Source: a virus
Taxonomy: Duplodnaviria; Heunggongvirae; Uroviricota; Caudoviricetes
Virus record (IMG/VR): IMGVR_UViG_3300044445_000054
Direction: 5' to 3' (one strand)
Length of the DNA: 45,304 nucleotides
Part shown: piece by piece, positions 1 to 8,390 of the stretch
Position numbering within the stretch: position 1 is the stretch's first letter
How the letters are laid out: each line of letters begins with the position of its first letter
Translations under genes and position numbers: made by a program
The notes under the pieces: model-generated
The model's database searches: none
What the model was told of the DNA's origin: nothing
What the model saw: only the letters and a program-made list of their open reading frames with translations

Positions 1-795
1 CAGCTTGGCCACGCCCTTCTCGGGGTCCATGTCGTCGCCCGATGAGGTGGCGGTGAAGTTCTCGACCCAGTGGCGCATGTGGTTCATCGCCTCCACGAGC
101 GTGAACCGGACGGCCTTGTCGATGCCGCGCACCACGCGCGCCAGATACCCGGCGTGCCGAACCATCTGGATGTCGCGTTCGCCCTGTGGCACCACGTCCA
201 GCGGTGCGGAGCGGCCCGTCTGCGCGATGGTCAGGCCGGGCAGGTCGCCCAGCGCCTGACGCAGCACCCGCTCGATGTCCGTCGGCAGGACTTGGATTTT
301 GCCCAAGACCTCCCACAGGTTCGTGTCCGAGACATAGGGGCGCTCGGTCTTGGGGTGGATCGAGGGCGGCAGCACCATCTGGTTGCCCTTGCCCAGAAAC
401 TCGACGATCGACTGGTTGTCGCCGTCGCGCAGCTTGAAGTTGGGCTGACCCTGCCAGCGGTAGATCAGGCCCATGCCCTTCTGACCGACGCGCTTCCACG
501 GGGACGGCGGCAGGGCGGCGAGGATGGCGTCGATCTGCGCCTGATCCTCGGTGTCGATGTCGATCGCGCACAATCCCGAGGCCTCGCCGAACGGCAGGCC
601 GATGTTGGAGTCGGGATAGGTGTGCAGCCACGACCGCCGGATCGCCTCCGATGGCATGAACTCGCCGTACTGCGTCCACTCGTTCAGGATCGGGGCCTTA
701 CCCGCTCCCTTGCCGGGGCTGTTCCAGCGCTTCAAAGGCATGACGGGGATGCCCGCTGCCCAGTACAGCGGTGCGAAGTCCTTGAAAATGCTCAC
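1..795 (-). CDS. Bifunctional DNA primase/polymerase (Prim-Pol) N-terminal domain protein, 3'-truncated by the window edge
   Basis: Not in the ORF track because it runs off the edge. Hand translation from GTG at 795 gives MSIFKDFAPLYWAAGIPVMPLKRW...GKAP...NIGLPFGEASGLCAIDIDT...VEFLGKGNQMVLPPSIHPKTERPY. These are Prim-Pol-type motifs (NIGL, xDxD, VLPPSxH). Confidence 0.8.
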   Translation of the reverse strand, partial: MSIFKDFAPLYWAAGIPVMPLKRWNSPGKGAGKAPILNEWTQYGEFMPSEAIRRSWLHTYPDSNIGLPFGEASGLCAIDIDTEDQAQIDAILAALPPSPWKRVGQKGMGLIYRWQGQPNFKLRDGDNQSIVEFLGKGNQMVLPPSIHPKTERPYVSDTNLWEVLGKIQVLPTDIERVLRQALGDLPGLTIAQTGRSAPLDVVPQGERDIQMVRHAGYLARVVRGIDKAVRFTLVEAMNHMRHWVENFTATSSGDDMDPEKGVAKL

Positions 796-798
796 GAA

Positions 799-1005
799 TT
801 ATGCTCCGAGGAGAGGGTTCTGAGGCGGAAAGTCATCGTCATCGGCCGGACCGATGCCGGATTTCACGCAGACTGCCGCGCCGACGAGCCACAGGAAGCC
901 CAAGACGGGCTGGCCGTGGCGGGCCGCGGCGATGCCGAGGACCGCGAGGATCGCGGCGGCGATGATGTTCCCTATGCCGATCGCATAGGTGTTCGGGATT
1001 TTCAT
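799..1005 (-). CDS. Small two-TM membrane protein (68 aa)
   Basis: C-terminal part of track ORF 799..1533. ATG at 1005 overlaps the upstream stop (ATGA). Two hydrophobic segments (IGIGNIIAAAILAVLGIAA; VLGFLWLVGAAVCV) and an acidic tail. Confidence 0.7.
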   Translation of the reverse strand: MKIPNTYAIGIGNIIAAAILAVLGIAAARHGQPVLGFLWLVGAAVCVKSGIGPADDDDFPPQNPLLGA

Positions 1006-1499
1006 CGGTAAGGCTCCAGTCTTTTCATGAATTGTTCGCGGTCGGCCTCCGACACGAGGTCGTCCAAAATCTTGATGACCTGCTCCTGAAACTCGCCCAT
1101 CTTCTGCACCGTGGTGTGGCGCTCGGCGAGTTTCAGCATGCGCTCCAGCTGGTCGCCCTTGGTTTTCAGGAGGGCGAGCTTCTCGCGCACATCCATGCCA
1201 TCTGTGGCGTCCAGATCGTTGAGGCTCTTGATCGTGGCCCGGATTTCGTCCAGAACCAGCTGTTCGTCCTCCGCGGACAGGCGAATGTCCTTGGTCGGGC
1301 GGCCTCGTCCGTTCTTGGACTCGACCTGCACCTCCTTTTCGACGATCTTCTCGATCACCTTGGGCGCGAGCAGCTCGGCCAGCGCCAGCTTGGTCTCGTC
1401 GTCGTACGGACAATCGGGGTTTTCGAGGGTATCGAGCTGGCTTTTCAGCCCGATCAGGCCGGTCAGGACGGCCAAGCGGAGGGGAGGGAAGTTGCTCAT
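1002..1499 (-). CDS. Helical hypothetical protein with GRGRP motif; possible terminase small subunit
   Basis: 165 aa with phage-like codon bias, a KNGRGRPTK basic motif and predicted helical/coiled-coil C-half. The TerS role is inference only. Confidence 0.65.
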   Translation of the reverse strand: MSNFPPLRLAVLTGLIGLKSQLDTLENPDCPYDDETKLALAELLAPKVIEKIVEKEVQVESKNGRGRPTKDIRLSAEDEQLVLDEIRATIKSLNDLDATDGMDVREKLALLKTKGDQLERMLKLAERHTTVQKMGEFQEQVIKILDDLVSEADREQFMKRLEPYR

Positions 1500-1545
1500 G
1501 GGCCTGTCCTACCCGGATCGCCCGTACGCGCAACGCCTATTCCCG

Positions 1546-1563
1546 TTTCTACAGGGTAAGAAA
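1546..1563. promoter_or_regulatory. Imperfect palindrome TTTCTAC-AGG-GTAAGAAA (copy 1 of 3), putative operator
   Basis: Shares the TTTCTACnGnGTAA core with 9934 and 35993. Lies in a divergent intergenic gap. Confidence 0.45.
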
Positions 1564-1571
1564 CTCGGGCT

Positions 1572-1595
1572 GGTTGCCTCATAACCGCTTTATTT
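1572..1595 (+). promoter_or_regulatory. Putative late promoter box GGTTG-CCT-CA-T-AACC-GC-TTTATT
   Basis: Aligns base-for-base in spacing with 6580 and 9981. Followed by an AAGGAG SD and ATG at 1638. Confidence 0.55.
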
Positions 1596-1637
1596 TGGGC
1601 TGGGTCGGAGATACCCCGCCACTCTCAAGGAGCACCT

Positions 1638-4600
1638 ATGGCCGACGTGAAGACCTCTGCGTTCATGCTTTCGAGCGCGACGATCATGATCGGCCGCGCC
1701 TTCGTGGACGACGTGTTCGCCCTGACCCCCGACAAGCACTCCGTCGGCATGGTGTCCGAAGTCAACATCACGATGGACAGCTCGCTCACCGAGCTGACGA
1801 ACGGCGTTGCACAGGCGACGGTCGACTCCAAGCGCACCGGCCTGAGCACGGCAATCAGCGGCAACGTCTTCGAGATGACCGCCCAGAACTTCCTCCGCGC
1901 ACAGGGCATCACGACCGCCGCGACGCCCGTCAAGCGCGGCATCCTGATGGGGTCGGCCGCTGGTGGCTCGACCTCGCTCTCGGTCGCCTCCGACCCAATC
2001 CCCGGCGAAGCCACGTCGGCGCTCACGTCTGTCGGCGACATCCCGGCAGGATCGACCATCCTGATCCAGCGCGGCGACGGCGAGACCGATTACATCTTCC
2101 CGACCGTGTCGAGCGGCGCGGCGACGCTGAACGCCGGGCGCTACACGATCCCGATTGCGGGCGCGAGCGCGGTCCCCGCCGACATGTCGTTCCTGATCGG
2201 CGCACGGGTCTGGATCGTCCAGCCCGTCCCCGTTGGCGACATCGGCGATGACGAGTTCTTCTGCGTCAAGATCGTCGGCACCCTGTCCAACTTCGATCGG
2301 CCGGTGGTCTACATCGCGCCGAAGGTGAAGATGGTAAAGGGCTTCTCGGCCGCCTTCAACGAGACGCAGTACAGCTCGATGCAGTGGGAGCTGAAGCCCC
2401 ACATGATGAGCCGCGGCGAGATCGCCTCCGGTGGCCGCCTGTCCGAGATCGGCGCGCGTCGCACCGGCCGCCTGTTCGTGGGCGCGGGCAACGACAGCGC
2501 AACGCCGGGGGCCGTTGTCCCCGACGCCACGTTCTCGACCAACCCCAGCTTCACGCCGACCAGCGGCAACTCGGACACGGTCTTCACCGCCAACGACGGT
2601 GTCATCGTCAACGGCGCGTTCGCCGGACGCCGCTGGCTGCTCAGCGGCACGGCGATCGGCAGCGGAGCCACGATCAAGACGAACGCCGCGGGCCAGCTGG
2701 TGCTGGAAGTCTCGGCGCTCGGCACCAATGGTCGGGTCATCCAGTACACGACCGCGCCGCTCACGGTCGCCGCGGCTGCTGCCAAGACGCTGACGTTCCG
2801 CAACCCGCCGACGGTTCAGCTGAACGAGGGCGACTCGGGCACCAAGACCTTCACCTACTACATCGACGCGTCGGAGGCTCCGACCAGCAATCTTGTTGTT
2901 CCGCTTACGTTCCAAGCGGGCGGCACCGACGCCTCGGATTATCCGGGCGGCACGCTGCCGTCGGTGACGAGCGCCACGATCCTCGCCGGGCAGACGTCCG
3001 TGCGCGTCGACATCGTCACTTCGGGCGACACGACGGTCGAGGGCAACGAGACCTTCAACCTCCTGCTGTCGACGCCGACCGGCTGGACCGTCGGTGCCTT
3101 CACCAGCGCCAGCGGTGTCATCCTGAACGACGACGTCGCACCCAGCCCGACCGTCTCGCTCACCGCCGTGGATCCTCAGAACGAGGGCAACAGCGGCGTC
3201 ACCAACTACGTCTATACCGTGACCCGCTCGTCCACGAGCGGTGCGGTCAACGTGCCGTGGGCGTTCGCGGCAGGCACGACCAATGCGGCCGACTTCTTCG
3301 GCGGCCTGCCAACGGGCGGCACGGTGGCGCTCGCCAACGGCGTGGCATCCGGCACCTTCACCATCATGGTGCAGGGCGATGTCGACGTCGAGTCGAATGA
3401 GACCTTCACGGTCAGCCTGAACCCGCCGTCGGGGTACATCCTCGGCGCGACGAGCAGCGCGACGGGCACGATCCTCAACGACGACACGGTCTCGGCGATC
3501 GTGCCGTTCACGTCGGCGTTCATGACCGGCGATAGCCGCATGGACAACTCGGGCGGTCGAGGGGTAACCACAACCCTTTCGCTCACCTACGGGCAGACGG
3601 GTTACTCCAGCGCCGGGTTGATCCAGCCCATGCTTGGCAACAAGTGGCTTTGGCCGGAGGGGTTCCAGCGGTCGGTCGGTGCCAGCACCACGCTGCGCAT
3701 GGTCGAGGCAAATAAGACCGCCTCGTTTGCGCTGACGGGAAACACAGCGTTCGACAGCACCGCCAACGTTTACGACAAAATCTTCAACCGTGGCGCTGAC
3801 GGTCGCTACGCCCTGCGCGATCCGGGCACGGGCGCGCACGTCTTCGAGCTGAACAGCGTGAACGACGGCGGCGGCAACGGGTACTATAATCAGCCCTTTA
3901 CCGCTTCCAAGTCGATCATTCATACCGCCGCAGACATCGACGCCAATCTGGCGGCGGGCAAGGTGGTGTGGCTGTTCAACGGGTGCCCGTCGTACGCATC
4001 GGCGTACACGATGGAGCTTCGCACGATCACCGGGAATAGTTGGACTGCGACCCAGACGGCTGGCTTCATCGACGGCTTCGATTACGGCGCACCCGGCGTA
4101 GTCGGTGAGTTCGGTAGCACGCCCGCTGATTACCGAGTCATGACCCGCAAGGGCAGCAACCCCGGTCAGTACGAATACACGGTCGACGCCAACGGCAACT
4201 ACGTCGCGGGCGGCACGGCACCGACGCGAGTGTGGGTCACGCACACGGGCGGCGGCACCCTAAACGCGATCACGCCGACTTCCTCGCACATCAAGACCAT
4301 GTGGGCGTGGTACAACAGCAACGCCGCAAACTTCGTGTATAACGGCAATGACTACGGCATTCCGGGGTGTCGCTACAACCGCGATCCGAAGCGGCTCATC
4401 ATCGTCGATACGATGAAGTGGCTGCGCGCTGACCTAAATGACGGCGACGTCATGGCGGCCAAGCCCGGCACGATGGACATTCTGCGTTTGCACCACAACA
4501 TTCTCGGTGCATTCTGGATCAGTAAGGCCGTCGAAGAGGCGATGGCCACGGCGGGTTATGCCGCACAGCCGTCGCTCGACAAGCGCCCGATGCGCAACAA

Positions 4601-5591
4601 CTGGCCTGCGGCGATGGCAGCGGGAACTGCAAATCCGACGCTGACTTGCACTCTTCCTCCGTCCATGCGGATGGCCGTTCCGACTCAGCTGCGTCTCGGA
4701 ACCGTCGTTGTTGGTCTGGTGGACACGGCAACTGGCAATATCACAACGGCCCCTGGCGCGACTTATGCAATTACGGCGGGCAATATCAACTTCGCAACGG
4801 GTGCGCTTACCGTGACGTTTGCGGGAACGCCGCCTAACAGCACTCGACTGTATTGCGAGCAGGATTTCGGCGACGGCGCGGGCGTTGGGGGAAATCTGAT
4901 CCTTAACGGCATGCTTGACATGACGCCCTTGGACGGAAGCAACATCAACTTCGCTCGCACGGGCACCTCAACGATAACGGGCATCGCGAACTCGGAAGTC
5001 CCCGTGGGATACACGCTCCAGTCGTCGGGCAATGGTATGAACACGGCGATTGCAAACGGCACCGCATCGCTGACGGTGAGTTCCGACACCACAAACGGGT
5101 ATCCGATGTTCCGGCTGTCTGCGAAGGGTATCCACAGCTCAGCTATTGCCTTCACGCTGCAGCAGGCCAACGGGCCGTACGCGGCTCTGGTCCAACCCAC
5201 CGACAAGATTATGGCAGGGGCAACTCTGGTTCTTGAAGCTGGCTCGGACGGCTGGCTGTACGGCTTCGGTGGTTGCAATGTGTCGGGTACGCTGTCGATC
5301 CCCACGACCGATAAGACCGGCCCCAACGGTACGTTCGCGGTTACGCAGGTTTCCTCGAATGGATCGCGACTGGGTCAGAACGCGCAGAGCCTGTATGTGG
5401 ACAGCGCGCTGCTTGCCGCCAACGGGGGGCAGCCGTTCAAGAACCACTACCTCGGGCCTCAAGTCCAACCTGACGTGCAGCCGACTGGCACCGGAGGGTC
5501 GTTCTCCTTTTCGGTCGGAGCCAACGTCCCTTTCAGTTTCAAGATTGGCATTGGCCAGTATCACTCGCGCGTTCGCAACGACGTAACCTAA
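1638..5591 (+). CDS. Tail-tube (major tail protein) paralogue fused to an Ig-like domain, two Calx-beta domains, an SGNH-like hydrolase and a C-terminal beta-sandwich/lectin-like region (1317 aa)
   Basis: Residues 1-283 are about 75% identical (hand count 211/283) to the product of 16334..17182. Two Calx-beta repeats (NEGxSG...VExNETF...GxILNDD). GDS at 631-633, NSVND, and D947/H952 in DILRLHHNILG. Strong AAGGAG SD. Confidence 0.85.
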   Translation: MADVKTSAFMLSSATIMIGRAFVDDVFALTPDKHSVGMVSEVNITMDSSLTELTNGVAQATVDSKRTGLSTAISGNVFEMTAQNFLRAQGITTAATPVKRGILMGSAAGGSTSLSVASDPIPGEATSALTSVGDIPAGSTILIQRGDGETDYIFPTVSSGAATLNAGRYTIPIAGASAVPADMSFLIGARVWIVQPVPVGDIGDDEFFCVKIVGTLSNFDRPVVYIAPKVKMVKGFSAAFNETQYSSMQWELKPHMMSRGEIASGGRLSEIGARRTGRLFVGAGNDSATPGAVVPDATFSTNPSFTPTSGNSDTVFTANDGVIVNGAFAGRRWLLSGTAIGSGATIKTNAAGQLVLEVSALGTNGRVIQYTTAPLTVAAAAAKTLTFRNPPTVQLNEGDSGTKTFTYYIDASEAPTSNLVVPLTFQAGGTDASDYPGGTLPSVTSATILAGQTSVRVDIVTSGDTTVEGNETFNLLLSTPTGWTVGAFTSASGVILNDDVAPSPTVSLTAVDPQNEGNSGVTNYVYTVTRSSTSGAVNVPWAFAAGTTNAADFFGGLPTGGTVALANGVASGTFTIMVQGDVDVESNETFTVSLNPPSGYILGATSSATGTILNDDTVSAIVPFTSAFMTGDSRMDNSGGRGVTTTLSLTYGQTGYSSAGLIQPMLGNKWLWPEGFQRSVGASTTLRMVEANKTASFALTGNTAFDSTANVYDKIFNRGADGRYALRDPGTGAHVFELNSVNDGGGNGYYNQPFTASKSIIHTAADIDANLAAGKVVWLFNGCPSYASAYTMELRTITGNSWTATQTAGFIDGFDYGAPGVVGEFGSTPADYRVMTRKGSNPGQYEYTVDANGNYVAGGTAPTRVWVTHTGGGTLNAITPTSSHIKTMWAWYNSNAANFVYNGNDYGIPGCRYNRDPKRLIIVDTMKWLRADLNDGDVMAAKPGTMDILRLHHNILGAFWISKAVEEAMATAGYAAQPSLDKRPMRNNWPAAMAAGTANPTLTCTLPPSMRMAVPTQLRLGTVVVGLVDTATGNITTAPGATYAITAGNINFATGALTVTFAGTPPNSTRLYCEQDFGDGAGVGGNLILNGMLDMTPLDGSNINFARTGTSTITGIANSEVPVGYTLQSSGNGMNTAIANGTASLTVSSDTTNGYPMFRLSAKGIHSSAIAFTLQQANGPYAALVQPTDKIMAGATLVLEAGSDGWLYGFGGCNVSGTLSIPTTDKTGPNGTFAVTQVSSNGSRLGQNAQSLYVDSALLAANGGQPFKNHYLGPQVQPDVQPTGTGGSFSFSVGANVPFSFKIGIGQYHSRVRNDVT
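2790..3485 (+). repeat. Tandem pair of Calx-beta domain repeats (about 2790-3134 and 3153-3485)
   Basis: Both units read NEG(D/N)SG...T.A.D(Y/F)...GD..VE.NETF...L..P.G...GA..SA(S/T)G.ILNDD. Confidence 0.8.
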
Positions 5592-5603
5592 GAGGATAAA
5601 GAC

Positions 5604-6578
5604 ATGATGAAGTTTTTGATTGCTGCTGCAGCGATGCTTTGGGCGTCGCCCGTAGCCGCTGCTGATCTGACGGCGACCCCGTCGACCTACAAGACCGTCG
5701 CCGCCGCGGCCAAGTGCGGCGACACGGTGACGCTGGCGGCCGGTGACTACGGCGCGGTGCAGGTCACGCGCTACAACACGCCGGGTGCGATCGCGTGCCC
5801 CGCCGACAACCGCATCGAAATCCGCGCCGAGGATGCGCGAATGGACTCGCTGACCTTTCGCGCCGTGCAGGGCGTCAACTGGTTCGGCGGCTTCATCAGC
5901 GCACCGCTGGGCGTCGCCACCCCCGGCGTGACGATGGACAGCTCGCGCTTCGTCCGCTTCGCAGGCGGACTGGTCACCGGCCACAAGGTCGGCGTCACCG
6001 CGGTGCGCGGCTCCGACTATGAGATCGTCGGCAACCGCTTCCAGGGTCTGCGCAGCGACGGTATCAATGTAACCTCCTCGCAGCGCGTGCTGATCGAGAG
6101 CAATCAGGTCGTGATGACGGTGCCGATCAAGGCGACGTACACGCCCGAGGGCAAATTGCTGGTCGACGGCGACCATTCGGACGGTGTCCAAGCGTGGAAT
6201 ACGGCGGGCCTGCCGCGCGTGACCGATGTGACGATCCGCGGCAATTACTTCCGCGGCATGATGCAGGGTATCGCGGTGTTCGACGCGGGCAAGGGCGGCG
6301 TCGACCGCTTCATCGTCGAGAACAACACGATCGATGGCATCGACTTCTGGCACGGCATCACGCTGACCGAGGCGCGCGACAGCGTGATCCGCGATAACAT
6401 CGTGCTGACGCGCAAGGGTGCCAAGGCGTGGAACTTCCCGTTCCAGCCCATCAAGACGTGGGTGTCGATCCCCGGAGCGATCAACGTGGTCGCCTGCGGC
6501 AACACCGTCCCGGCGATGCCCGGCGGCGTGGGCACCAAGCCCTGTTCGGCGGCCACTGCCTTGCGGTCTGCCAAGTAA
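5604..6578 (+). CDS. Secreted right-handed parallel beta-helix (pectin-lyase-like) protein with Sec signal peptide
   Basis: N-terminus MMKFLIAAAAMLWASPVAAA|D is a classic signal peptide. Repeated beta-helix rungs (EIVGNRF, LIESNQV, TIRGNYF, IVENNTI, VIRDNIV) and GDHSDGVQ. Confidence 0.75.
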   Translation: MMKFLIAAAAMLWASPVAAADLTATPSTYKTVAAAAKCGDTVTLAAGDYGAVQVTRYNTPGAIACPADNRIEIRAEDARMDSLTFRAVQGVNWFGGFISAPLGVATPGVTMDSSRFVRFAGGLVTGHKVGVTAVRGSDYEIVGNRFQGLRSDGINVTSSQRVLIESNQVVMTVPIKATYTPEGKLLVDGDHSDGVQAWNTAGLPRVTDVTIRGNYFRGMMQGIAVFDAGKGGVDRFIVENNTIDGIDFWHGITLTEARDSVIRDNIVLTRKGAKAWNFPFQPIKTWVSIPGAINVVACGNTVPAMPGGVGTKPCSAATALRSAK

Positions 6579-6579
6579 C

Positions 6580-6603
6580 GGTTGCCCCACAACCATTTGA
6601 TCT
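6580..6603 (+). promoter_or_regulatory. Putative late promoter box GGTTG-CCC-CA-C-AACC-AT-TTGATCT
   Basis: Begins one base after the upstream stop. TTGATC starts 36 nt before the terminase ATG. Confidence 0.55.
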
Positions 6604-6633
6604 TGCCGTCGCCTTCAATCTAAGGCGACGGCA
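6604..6633 (+). promoter_or_regulatory. Perfect 12-bp hairpin ending on the A of the terminase start codon
   Basis: TGCCGTCGCCTT-CAATCT-AAGGCGACGGCA. No U-tract on either strand. Confidence 0.6.
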
Positions 6634-8390
6634 TGTTCGACGAACTATATCAAGCAGTGAAGATGCGCTTCGGCGACGTGAACGCGTCGCAGTCGATGGG
6701 CAACTGGATCACGTCGAACACCACCATCAAGAAGCGCCCTTTCTCGTACGAGGGCTACGGCTTCCAGAAAGCCATCGCCGACGACATGCACCGCAACGTG
6801 TCGGTGAAGAAGTGCTCGCAGATCGGCCTCACCGAGGTCCAAATCCGCAAGTTCTTGGCGATCCTCACCCGATCGACAGCGATCGCGGGCATCTTCTCGA
6901 TGCCCAACGAGAAGATGTTCACCAAGACCTATAACGGTCGCATCAAGCCGATCCTCGAAGCGGATGCCGTCTTCAACCCGCCGTCGGCCATGAAGCCGAC
7001 GCGGTCGAAGGATCAAATCCAAATCCGGGACAGCTTCGGCTATATCACCGCCTGTACCGAGGGCGACGCCACCTCGCTGTCCGCCGACTTCCTGTTCCAC
7101 GACGAGCTGGACCTCAGCCCGCAGGAGATCATCGCACTGTACCAGAGCCGCCTCCAAGGCTCGGACATGCAGATCACCCAGTCCTTCTCGACCCCGACCT
7201 TCTCCGGCTACGGCATCGACAAGAACTATCAGCTGACCGACCAGCGCGAGTACAAGGCGAAGTGCGGTGGCTGCGGCCGGTGGCACATCCCGCTGTTCAA
7301 GCCCGAGTTCATCTACCTCAAGAAGTTCCCGTTCGACGTCGAGCACTTCACGGAGCTGACGGCGCAGCAGATCGCGCTGCTCGATCTGGAGGACTGCCAC
7401 GTCAAGTGCCCCGACTGCTCGACGCGGTTCGATCTGGGCAACGACGACCTGCGCGAGTGGGTGGCGCTGCGCCCGTCGGTGCTCAACTTCCGCGGCTATC
7501 AGGTCCGCCCCTTCTCGACGCCGCGCATCAAGCCGTCCTACATCTTCGGGCAGCTGGCGCAGTATCAGGAGAAGTCGTTCACCCGAGGCTTCTACAACAC
7601 CGTGCTCGGCGAGGAATACACCGCCGCCGACGCGCGCCTGCAAGAGGCCGACATCAAGGCCTGCATGGCGAAGGGCACCGCCGCGGTGCCGGACATTTCG
7701 GCGGACACGCCGTGCTACATGGGCATCGACGTCGGCCTGACCTGCTACATCACCGTCAGCTATGACGATGACGACGGCAACCCGCACTTCGTCTATTGGG
7801 ACACGGTGCCCGCCTCGTCGCTCCAGCGCCGGGTCGAGGAGTTGTGCCGGGTCTACAACATCGTGCAGGGCGCGATCGACCGCTTCCCGTACACGACCGA
7901 GGCGGATGCGCTGCGCGACACGACGCAGGGCCTCATCATCCCGGTCCAGTACCGCGGTCTTCAGATGCTGTCGCCGGTGATGGAAGCCGACACCAAGGTC
8001 TTGAACCATTATTCCGCAAACAACACGCTGGCGCTCGATCGCGTGCAGGCGCTGGTCAGCCACCGGGTCATGACGATCTCCGGCTATCAGGGCCAGCGCG
8101 AGACGGTCATCAAGCACCTGATGGACATGGTCCGCGACGACAAGCCGTCGGACAGCGACAACGTGCTGGGCGAGTGGAAGAAGACCAGTGGCAACGACCA
8201 CTTCATGCACTCGGCCGCCTTCAACCTGCTCGCGCGCCGGATCGGCGACCACATGTTCGCGACCCAGATTTCAACGGTGGCCACTACTTCCTCTTTTCTC
8301 GGGGCGAGCTTTGCGAGTACGCAAGGAATGCTCAACTTCAACGGGACCGGCAAAATGACCGGCCTCAACCGCATTTCGAGGCTCGGATAA
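6633..8390 (+). CDS. terL: Terminase large subunit, lambda GpA family
   Basis: KKCSQIGLTE (GpA-type Walker A), FLFHDELD (Walker B), CxxC pairs (CGGC, CPDC) and nuclease YMGIDVG. Confidence 0.9.
   Translation: MFDELYQAVKMRFGDVNASQSMGNWITSNTTIKKRPFSYEGYGFQKAIADDMHRNVSVKKCSQIGLTEVQIRKFLAILTRSTAIAGIFSMPNEKMFTKTYNGRIKPILEADAVFNPPSAMKPTRSKDQIQIRDSFGYITACTEGDATSLSADFLFHDELDLSPQEIIALYQSRLQGSDMQITQSFSTPTFSGYGIDKNYQLTDQREYKAKCGGCGRWHIPLFKPEFIYLKKFPFDVEHFTELTAQQIALLDLEDCHVKCPDCSTRFDLGNDDLREWVALRPSVLNFRGYQVRPFSTPRIKPSYIFGQLAQYQEKSFTRGFYNTVLGEEYTAADARLQEADIKACMAKGTAAVPDISADTPCYMGIDVGLTCYITVSYDDDDGNPHFVYWDTVPASSLQRRVEELCRVYNIVQGAIDRFPYTTEADALRDTTQGLIIPVQYRGLQMLSPVMEADTKVLNHYSANNTLALDRVQALVSHRVMTISGYQGQRETVIKHLMDMVRDDKPSDSDNVLGEWKKTSGNDHFMHSAAFNLLARRIGDHMFATQISTVATTSSFLGASFASTQGMLNFNGTGKMTGLNRISRLG

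Noticed and set aside
1590-4244. 884-aa antisense ORF, and similar long ones at 5139..6596, 6645..8252, 10643..12961, 19246..20316, 22149..23780, 23820..25412, 26421..31535 and 43027..44100
   Set aside because: These are shadow frames opposite well-supported genes. High GC at third codon positions removes stops on the antisense strand. The products are Arg/Gly/Ala/Val-rich with no motifs.
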